Of a DNA stretch of 20,000 bases, positions 8,729 to 18,318 are shown in pieces. The position numbers and the translations under genes are program-made. The notes beneath the pieces are model-generated. The model was not told where the DNA came from, did not search any database, and was given only the letters and a program-made list of their open reading frames with translations. Source of the DNA: Mitosporidium daphniae (lineage: Eukaryota); contig NW_013546700.1 of assembly GCF_000760515.2 (NCBI RefSeq), positions 52,832-72,831 on the forward strand, given 5' to 3'. The stretch's first letter is position 1. Each line of letters opens with the position of its first letter.

Positions 8729-11700
8729 TCATTGTGCAGCATCGTGATCAGATGTGCCCTTGATATGCATATTTTCGGAGCTTCTTTGCTGGCCAAGATT
8801 CCGATTCACATTTTCGTCTGGAGGTTCTCGCCTAGCAAATTTGTTGTAGACAGCAAATAAATGGGCTACTTTGTTAACCGTCGTTATGATTTTATGTTCA
8901 TCAAAAGAGCTAGCCTCACCTTGCCATACAAATTGAGATATGATCTGTGCATTACATACACGTTGAATTGCTTTGTCAGATATCAAAGTCGGCTTGATAG
9001 CCTCATTAATGGGGGTCAAGATTTTTTCAAGCGAGTCAGAATCAAACTGATCAGGTGTGAAAGAAAGAAAAAGTAGTAAAGCCGATATGATGCTTTCATG
9101 GGGCGATAAAACACTCGCTCTAGCTGCCAATTGCTGAATTACTACATTGAGTGACTTGGAATAAGATGTTGAGAAAACAACAAGGGCATAGCAGAGAGTT
9201 GAAATTATTGATTTTGCGCTCTGTTGGATCACAATTAACTTTGCAAATTTCTTTGCCCAATCATCTGCAATATTAGTCTTCTGTAGTAATATGTCAACAA
9301 GGGACGGTAAAATCCAGGGATACCTTTCACCTGTTTTGTTTTGGAGAATAGCAAGCAACTTTAAATATAGCCATGATGCGCAAATGGTAAGATCGTTATT
9401 TTTCTGGCAAGTAACAATGCTGGATATAAGTTGAAGATACTGATCAACACGTTGTCGTCGCTGTAATGACCGATTGCTATCTAAAACATCTTCCCTTAAT
9501 AGATAGGTGATAGCATAAAAGAGAAATTTCATGTGCTTAATTAAGATCTACCGAGGAAAGAGAACCGAATATTACCTTTATCGAGGATTGCTCTAGTTGG
9601 AGTGACGGAAAGATTGGAGATGTCAGAACCTTTTTCAGGTAATAAAATGTTCCATCTAAAAGCTCCTCTATTGCTGCATTGTCGAGAATCGTAATTCGGC
9701 TTCTCAGGAGCGCCGAAAGGATCTCTATTGATATGATGTGATCTGTCGATCGTATTAGTGTCGTATCGACAAATACAGGATCTTTTTCCTCTGCAGCGAA
9801 ACGAGTAAGAGACCAACTAATGGCACTGCCTAAGGTATCCTGGAAAAATTTAAAGGAGGGGGAAATGTTTTTAGCGTTCATATATGACAACAAAACTCTT
9901 ATACATTTTGAAGAGAGGTCCGGAGATCGAGAAATCTCGGTGCCAAGAAAGCCTGATATATTCTCCACAACCCATCGATGGATCTCTTNATCAGCGGCAG
10001 CAGAAAACGACGAAAAATCACAATAATAGTAGAAGGATGCGAAAATAAAGTGGAAGCGTGAGACATCATCAAGATCTTTGTGGTTATCTATTGAACACAG
10101 TTTGTGTTTTCGGCTTGCAGCTAGAGAATGCCTTTGCTTTATAAAGGCAAAGCCAAGAGGCGGATATCGTTTAAGTAGCCAACGACACTGAGTGTCATCC
10201 AATGACTGCAAAAATTGGCAAACTTTTCCTTCAGAGCAATAAAAAGAGTGTCCATTTTGCAAAGAAAGAATATTTTTTAAAAGCTTCTTGCTAGCTGGTG
10301 TACTCAAACAGCCGGGAAAAGTTGCCGAGATTTCGGACAATTGCGCGAAAATATCCGCCCCAAAATCAACATTTAAGTAATTGTCAAACAAGGCTTCCAT
10401 GAGCGATGAAAGAGACTTTTCATCATTTCGGATAAAATCTGGTGCCAAACCAATCGAATATTTAACAAATGTGTCCTTTTCTGGACACTTTTTCGATAAA
10501 GAAGCATGGAAAAGTAAATTTTCACCATCATGGAGGGTATCATGATCAGACTTTAGCTTTATAAAGGCACACTTTATGGATTGAATCCATTGATGAAAAA
10601 GAACTTTCATCCTCAAGTATCTAACAAAAGACGAACAGGCTCGAGGTGAATTGGAAAGATCGGACGAGGATGAAATTAAATGCTTGGCAACAAGAGTCAG
10701 AATTGTTATGTCATTGCCCTTGCTTGACTTTAAGAGCGAAGGAAACAAAGAGCTTTCAATGAAAGAAATGTATGAAAGACGAAGCGGCAGTGGTGAAGAA
10801 ATGCTGCATAGCAAAAAAAGCTCATCTATAATTTTACTGGTTCTTTCAGCGATATTAGAATCAGCATCCATTGACATAAGTAGTTGATGGTTAACAATTG
10901 CACACAAAAATAGGATTGCCGAGTTTCTGACGCTTTCTTTAACGTCGCGCATACGCTCAATTGCTGCATCAACAACTTCAACAAGTTCGTCTGCATTTTG
11001 GCCCTTCAAATGGGATGAAAAAAAAGCAAGTCTTTCCAAAGTGAACGACCTAACCCTTTCTTCTGGATCAAGCATCTTTTCAATAAGTCCCTGTGTTGTT
11101 GCGGCGGAAAGCGCACAAAGAGACGGCATAGATCGAGGCAGATGTGGATTTTGTGCTTCACGAGAAAGCACAAGCTCAATCCATGCCATTCGAATAGAAA
11201 TTGACGGGTCGTTTCGAAGCTCAAATATTGAAGCCTCAAATTGCGCATTCAAAAGACACCTGTGGGTCTTCAAAATGTCACCGAAAAATTTCGTCATTTG
11301 TAGCCTGACGAGAACATCGGTATGCTATTATTAGTAATCACAGCTATTTGGAAATACACTTAAAAACGACGAAAAAACATCCCAAGACATTGCCAATACA
11401 TGGGGAGCATGTCGGATAACATTGGCGATCACTTGCTGGCATGTCTTGATCTCTGGATCTCGCAACTCTTTTCTCGTCATTTGGTCAAACTTGGACGAAA
11501 AATACTAGCAAATATAGAGCGGTTCTGAACGTTTACCTGCGACATAAATGGCTGAAGGTGGAAAGAACATTGATGTAGAAGACGAAGCACAAGTTTGGAA
11601 GATGGAGACTAAAAATGGTAACACATGATCGTACTATAACATCGGATCTACAATGGCTTGCATCGACCCCTATTGGAGCCAAAAGAGCATGAATGGACTC

Positions 11701-12351
11701 TGGAAATAACACGTCAGATTCTTCGATGATGGACTGCAGGTATTCCATTAGCAATCTGATAACGGCATCGGAAACCCTATCAGGTAAAAAAGAGTAAAAT
11801 CCCTTGGAGCCAAAGCATAACACAGATCAAAAGTCGCATTGATCAAAACAACAGAGTCTGCTGCTTCAAGGATCAAAACGCCGGACCGAACTAGTACAAT
11901 GCCCTCCAGCAGCTTATGAGAATATGAAAATAAAGAATCATCTTCATTTGAGAGCCTCTTCCATATCTTGTGGAACGCCAAGAAGACTTGCTGATCGTAA
12001 TTTCGGGTGTAAAATACCTTTAATTCATCAGGAGAATACGGAGATTCAGGCGCGGCCAGTCGAAGGGCATTTGAAATACAAAGCAAGCAAAGGGCCAATA
12101 TAAATTCGTTTTCATTGTGAACGAACTGAAAGTCATTGCCTATCAAAGCGGATGCCACACACTTGATAATCTCTATGGACAGTTTATCCTGATCGATAGA
12201 AGAAAGAGCAGAATGCAGCGTCTATATTGATTAAAGCATAAACATCCAAAAATAATACTTCAAACGACTTTACGATCGACGAGTTTGATAAATTCTTACA
12301 ATCGAGCATTTGCGCGCATTGCGTGATGACAAGCCGAGCATCTTGCGCCAT
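8729..12351 (-). CDS. PDS5: Cohesin-associated HEAT-repeat protein Pds5; introns 12222-12258, 11991-12017, 11777-11802, 11609-11634, 11505-11536, 11325-11357, 9548-9575; about 1137 aa
   Basis: Spliced N-terminus gives LHSALSSIDQD, CISNALRLAAPESPYSPDELK (Pds5 APDAP motif), LLEGIVLVRSGVL, LQSIIEESD, LQPFMSQYF, DVLVRLQ, RNDPSISIR, MLDPEERVR, RMRDVKESVR. The C-terminal part is divergent (ERYPWILPSL resembles the PEY-LP region). Confidence 0.88.
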
Positions 12352-12412
12352 TGTGCACCGACAGGCCAAAGAAGGGGTTAAATTTTATTTAAGTTTACAA
12401 ATATTTGAGAAT

Positions 12413-13913
12413 TCATTCGTCATCCTCATCTTCATTGCCATTGTTAGGGAGGCGGTTAGAAAAATTTGGCCTTTTAGGAATAAAGAGGCTCTCCGGGGTG
12501 TCTTCGTCTCCATTTTCTTCGTCAGAATAGTTGGGGTCAACACTTTCATGTCGGGTTCGCTTTGAAACAGGGGGTTCTGGAGGCTTCCTTTCCTCAACCG
12601 TGCTTATATCGTTTGGTTTTCCCGTCAGGCGTAGCAATTTCCACTCGGTTTCTCCCAACGGGTACCATTGCCTAGCCAAGCTCCTTCGAAAAGATGGATC
12701 CTGGTTCCTGCGGGCCTTCCTGAAATGGATGTCTAGATGGTGGTCAAACAGCATCCTGTGGCTGGAATCATCCCCCCATCTCAGTCCACACACGTGACAT
12801 TGTAAAGGGAGTTTCTCGTAGAGGAAAGAAAAGAAATCAGCAGTGATGCTATGGTAAATCAATTGGATTTACCTTTGAATGCCGGAAAACGAAAGATCCA
12901 CCCTAACAGGCGGTGATCGGTAAAAAAAGAGCTCTAACATAAAATCAATATGCTTACCTGCCGGGCTTACTTGGTCACTTGAAGAAGTTTGCAAAAAATC
13001 TTTCAGTTCTTCCAATAAATCTAATGGATTTCCCGATGTAAAAGTAACAGGCTCGTTTAAAGCATGACCAGGACGAGAAATAGCAGAAGATTGGGTGGGC
13101 TGAACAAAAGGTTGCGCTAGATGAGGTGCCTGGCTCCTAGGTTGAAGATGGGGCGGCGTCTGGCCAGATTGATGAGCAGAAGACATCTGGCCGATGAATT
13201 GGTTGATTGGATAATGGGTCCCAAATGGATGCTGATGATAAGGTGAGGTTGGAAAATGAAAAGGATATCCCACTTGAGGATATGCGGGAATCGAGTTTCT
13301 TGATAGATGTGGTTGCTGTTGTTGCATCCATACATTCGATTGAGACTTACCATGATCATTTCCAGCATCGGTGCCGATGCTAGAGGCATGCGAAGAAGAG
13401 GGGATGGGATTGGTATTCCCGAAAATTGCGGCCTCTATTTCTTTAATGGTGGAGTGCGGAAACACATTATGCCATGTCTGAAGTACGCGCAAAAAATCCC
13501 TTTGGTCGTTTGGATTTGAATGATCGAATTTTAGCGATAAAAATACGGTGGAAAATGCATATGCTATTTTACTTGTAAATAGTGGAACATAATCGGCCAC
13601 TGGTAGGGGAAGGTTCTTACATATAGAATCTATAAGATATAACGCCGATAGTTTATGATTAGTCTGGAGATTAAAATTCCATTGTTACCTTTAAAAAATA
13701 GTCCAATACAGCGGCTGCAACAGGCTTCGAATTAGAGGAACGGGAATATTCGTGAGCTAAGATGGTAAGACCATTTATTATTGGTTTGGAATTAAAAGTA
13801 AGGTCCCGAAGTGCCCTCGAATATTCTAAATATGCATGATTTGACTTTAGTGAAGTGTCTTCGAGGATATCGGCATTACCGGGAACAGCATCTGGAACGT
13901 CAGAGGGATGCAT
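12413..13913 (-). CDS. PCF11: mRNA 3'-end processing/termination factor Pcf11; introns 13664-13688, probably 12934-12957, and 12849-12872
   Basis: CID domain LRDLTFNSKPIINGLTILAHE...KLSALYLIDSICKN; Q/P/H-rich linker; C2H2 zinc finger CHVCGLRW...HLDIHF followed by the RQWY Clp1-binding-type segment. Confidence 0.93.
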
Positions 13914-14105
13914 AGTGTCTGGTCTTGGTTCAAAAAAATAAATTTAAATTCGTTTGAAATGAAACCAATGTTGAAAACCAATATTTACAAAATGGGAGGG
14001 GGGGGGCACCATGCCATTGAAAGTTATTCTGCACGGGTGCGGCAAATTAAATATTTAAATCACTAGCTTGACACGCAAAAATGCACGATTTATTAATATG
14101 CAGAA

Positions 14106-16266
14106 CTAAAGGGCAAAAAGCGATTCTTTGGATCGAAGTTGCTTCATTTGGAGTAGCATCGATAATGCTGCATCGACGGAGCAGACTCTGTCCTTGCCCT
14201 CGGTTGTTGCCTTTCTAACATTAACCGAATTAGAATCCTGCTCAGACTGCCCAACAACAAAGACATAATTAAAGTGTGAGGTTTCCGCATTGCGAATCTT
14301 CTTGTTTAAAGTGACGTCACTTGTATCAACTTCTGCGTGTACGCCCTCACATACAAACTGCTGGCAGATGCGCGCTGCATATTCAAAAGTTGCTGCCGAA
14401 ACGGGCACAATCATAACCTGACGAGGGGAAAGCCAAAATGGCCACTTTCCTGCATAATTTTCCGTTAAAATGGCAATCATGCGTTCAAGAGATCCCAAAA
14501 TTGCCCTGTGTATGATCACTGGCCGTTCGTGCATTGAGCTTTCATCATGCGATGCTGATCTGAAGGATAGATCAAATCTCTGCGGGAGCTGAAAATCGAG
14601 TTGAATGGTAGCACATTGGTGGCGGCGACGTTGAGCGTCTGTAAGAGTGATATCGATTTTGGGGCCATAAAACGCTCCATCTCCAGGATTAAGTTCAAAT
14701 GACTTTCCTGACAACCGAAGTGCATCTTCAAGCTGCTTTTCAGCGGCGTTCCATGTGTCAATTTCACCTAAAAACTTTTCTGGCCTCGTGGAAAGCTTTA
14801 GTGAGTATGTAAAACCAAGAATTGAGTAAATGGCATCAAGAAACGCAATACATCCCTGAATTTCGTCTGAAATTTGATCTGCTCGACAAAATATATGAGC
14901 ATCGTCTTGTTGAAAGCGACGGACCCTAGTAAGTCCAGTCAAAGCCCCGGAAAGCTCATTACGGTGCAGGACCCCAAAATCAGCCAAACGCAGCGGGAGC
15001 TCGCGATAAGATCTTTCACGATGGGCGAACATAAGACAATGCCCGGGGCAATTCATAGGCTTCAAAGCATATACTTCTTTTTCAATTTCAAACGAAAACA
15101 TATTTTCTTGATAATTTTCCCAATGCCCAGATGTCTTCCAGAGATTGACATTGAAAATATTGGGAGAGATAACCTCAAGGAATCCACGTTTTCTGTACTC
15201 TTCTCTCATCAATTCGACGAGAGAAGTATATATTCGCGCTCCATAGGGAAGAAAAAAGCACGAACCAGGAGAAAGCTCATGAAAGAAAAAAAGCTGGTGG
15301 TCTTTTCCAAGACGACGATGATCTCTACGTTCAGCTTCCTGCTTAAATTTAACATACTCCTTTAGAAGCTTGACATCTGGAAAAGATATTCCATAGATTC
15401 TTTGCAAAGAATCCTTGTTGGCATCTCCCAAGAAGTAAGAAGATGAATTTTTGGTTACTTCAAAGGCCTTTATTAGACCGGTGTGTGGAACATGTGGCCC
15501 CATACACAAGTCAATAAGATCCCCGCAACGGTAAACGGTAGAAAATGACCCGTCCGCGATTTTCTCGCGTATAAAGTGGATCTTATAAGGATTATAAGAA
15601 AACATCTTTAAAAGATCGTCTTTAGACATTTCCAGCCTCTCAAAAGGCTGCTTTTCCTTGATGAACTTTGTTGCAAGTTCTATCAACTGGGGGAAATCAG
15701 AGGGATTAACGGTCTGGCCCTCTGGAAGTTTCATATCATAGTGAAAGCCATCTTCCGTTGGAGGGCCATGGCAGAGCAAACAATTATACTTATACTCACA
15801 GGCTTCACCTAACACATGAGCAGAGGAATGCCAAAAGACAGACTGGCCTTGCTCCGAGTTAAAGTCAAAAAACTCAATGGAGCAATCACACTCCAATTGT
15901 CTTGTAATATCAAAAAGTTGCCCATTTACCTAAATTAAGTATAGGATTATGCAATACCTTGGCAACTATAAAAGTGTCGGCGACTTTGTTTCCAAAAGCA
16001 AGTTTGGCAATATCCAAAGGAGTAGTGATCAGAGACTCCCCTTCAAAGCTTCTGGCGTCAGCGAGAGAAATCTTAATCGAAGCAGATTTTTTTTCAGATA
16101 ACTTTTTGAGATGTTCAGCCTTTAAATGATCAAAAAGATCGATTCTTGGCTTGATGAAGGATGGCATCGTCTTGGAAGGATCGCCAAGATTCTGGATCTG
16201 TTCTTCATGGTGAGATGAAAATACAGACATAGTTGACAGTGCGGACGAAACAGCTTGGACTTGCAT
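14106..16266 (-). CDS. THS1: Threonyl-tRNA synthetase (eukaryotic cytosolic type); intron 15930-15957 (28 nt); about 710 aa from the first ATG
   Basis: TGS domain junction [17 protein letters not shown]; editing domain FWHSSAH and [56 protein letters not shown]; anticodon-binding domain. Confidence 0.97.
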
Positions 16267-16417
16267 GACTTTTAAATTCCTAATACTATTCAAAATGAAT
16301 GGAGACAATAGTGGTGATGATGATATTTGATTTCGTAAACTAAAAGGCCAACTTTTACACCAGGGAGTTATGAACTTGAAATGAGTAATTTTACCCAAGT
16401 GTATAAATATAAAAGTA

Positions 16418-16455
16418 CAATTCAATTCAATTCAAGTTAATTCAATTCAAGTTAA
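16418..16455. repeat. Short (CAATT)n-type tandem repeat, including a 15-bp duplication ttcaattcaagttaa x2
   Basis: caattcaattcaattcaagttaattcaattcaagttaa, read directly from the sequence. Confidence 0.85.
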
Positions 16456-16535
16456 ATTTAGCAAGTAAAAGCAACTTTATATACAGTGTACCAAGCTGAA
16501 AACATTAATAGCCAGTGCTTGAAATGCGCAACATT

Positions 16536-17293
16536 TCATAGAAGCTCCTCCCCGCCACCATCATGCGAACTTGACCCTTTTGGCTTCTGAACAGCTGTCA
16601 CTAGCCAATCAAGGCCTTCAAATAGACCTTGCCCTTGAATTGCAGAGGCGTTAAAAACTGCATATAATCTTTCTCGAACAGCGGAAAGTCCAAGAGCCTT
16701 TGTTAGCTCCTGAGAATTCAAGGCTCCTGGAAGGTCCTGCTAATTATCTCAGGTTTTTACATACTTGCTTGTTTGCAAGGACCAGAAGAGCACATCCTTT
16801 CAAGTCCTCCTCTTCAAGCACAAGAGCTAACTCTGCTTTCGATATAGATACGCGGTCAACATCAGCCGCGTCCACTACATAAATAATTGCATCCGTTTCT
16901 GAAAAATAGCACTTCCAATATGGTCTATAGGTGAATTTTAGAACCATGCTCATGCCTGATTGTGGATTGTCCCCCCAAATCCCATACTAAGCAATAGTTA
17001 AACCTTGGGATGTTGGTTACCTTGGAACTTTAGATTTTTATACGAAAGAGTCTCCATGTTAAATCCAATCGCTATAGTTATATAAAAGATAGCCTTATAC
17101 TCGGAATGGTAGACAGGATTTCACCCAACTACAATAATAACATAGAACAGTTACCTGAAGCTTGTACAGAATAGTTGTTTTGCCTGCACCATCGAGACCG
17201 AGAATCAAAACCCTAAACTCCCGTTCTCCCCAAATCGAACTAAAGAGTCTGGAAAAAAGGATCCCTTGGCATAACAATTTCAGTAATACCCAT
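16536..17293 (-). CDS. ARL1: ARF-like GTPase Arl1; introns 17265-17289, 17129-17154, 17072-17100, 16987-17020, 16925-16955 (GC-AG), 16737-16764; about 194 aa
   Basis: Spliced protein [82 protein letters not shown]...ANKQDLPGA...GLFEGLDWL. Gly2 myristoylation site and the Arl1-type DLGGQxxIRPYW motif. Confidence 0.96.
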
Positions 17294-17353
17294 GGAAATC
17301 GTATGATGGAAAGGAAAATTATCAAATGAAGGATTTTAATTTTATTTATTAAG
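17294..17353. promoter_or_regulatory. 60-bp bidirectional promoter between ARL1 and the mS42-like gene
   Basis: Divergent ATGs 60 bp apart with an AT-rich core ttttaattttatttatt. Confidence 0.55.
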
Positions 17354-18308
17354 ATGTCTTTAAAGTTATCTTACAATTGTCATCGATTTCTTACACAACC
17401 CTCCAGTGCAAATGTATCGACGCGCGCATTAAACCAATCTTTACAGCCATTACATACCCTTAACCTTGCCCATCGTTTTGAGAGCTCCAGTTGGACCATC
17501 GAAAGAAAGGATGCCCAGGGACATCGACTGAAACCTTTGCCATTTATTGGCAAAAATGGGCTCTCCTTCATCAACGGCTATCGCCAATCTCTATTTGCTA
17601 AACTTTCTTCGCTCGGAATCGATGAAAACATAGCGCCATCTTTCGTTTCAAAGTCTCTAATGTCCCCTGTTGAACAAACTAATATAACTTTGGGATGTTG
17701 GTTTTCACTTCTGGCGGCCAAAAATAATATCCTATCTGAGTGTCATAAATTCCAATACATTTCCCAGGCTTTAAATATAGAATTGTTTCTATCCTCTTTA
17801 ATGCAGTCAAGATGTTCTAATCTTGAACCTATGGGTATGCCTTCTGCTGCAGATCTACATGAATCTCCAAATACGATCCAAGAAAAGATAACGACATCTA
17901 TTGGGCGGTCTTTTGGTAGCATGGAGGAGTTTAAAAAAATGGTAGCTCATTTATCATAACATTAGTTTGAAAATGTTGGGCTAGCTTTCTTTGGTGGATC
18001 AGGATGGCTATGGTTAGTAGAGAATAGAGAAGGCCAATTAAAAATCATTATAACCCTTCAAGCCGGTATTCGATTTCACGGCTTCTAATCATTTAGGAAC
18101 GCCGTTTTTATTTGACCATCATGATAATGCGTCGTTGAAACATCCGCTACAATGGCCAATTCTTGGTGTATCCTTATGGGAGCATGCATACTTACCTACC
18201 CATTCCTTTAACAGGGCAGGATATTTGAATTCTTTTTGGAACGCAGTAGATTGGAACGAAGTTTCCCATCGATTTGGTGGATGCTTCCTCGAAAAATGGA
18301 AATTGTGA
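17354..18308 (+). CDS. Fe/Mn-SOD-fold protein lacking metal ligands, likely mitoribosomal small-subunit protein mS42 (Rsm26)/mS43 (Mrp1)-like; introns 17942-17965 and 18066-18096
   Basis: Spliced C-half: [29 protein letters not shown]...TLQA-GTPF...[13 protein letters not shown]...[15 protein letters not shown]. The SOD motif DxWEHAYY has D->S, the NH ligand site reads ALNIELF, and the N-terminus is presequence-like. Confidence 0.8.
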
Positions 18309-18318
18309 GACCGTATTT

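Noticed and set aside
11785..11791. TTTTTTA slippery heptamer as a programmed -1 frameshift in PDS5
   Set aside because: The heptamer is not in the X XXY YYZ register of the incoming frame; a micro-intron explains the shift better.
8729..12351. Fragmented ORFs suggesting pseudogenes, stop-codon readthrough or an alternative genetic code
   Set aside because: In the recognised genes the interruptions are resolved by short introns that restore conserved motifs; long exons read normally in the standard code.
16418..16455. Repeat considered as a CRISPR array or transposon end
   Set aside because: Simple pentamer microsatellite without spacers, terminal inverted repeats or a nearby transposase; eukaryotic context.
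18188..18197. ATACTTACCT, matching the U1 snRNA 5' end
   Set aside because: It lies in the conserved WEHAYL codons of the SOD-fold gene; no U1 stem-loops or Sm site follow.
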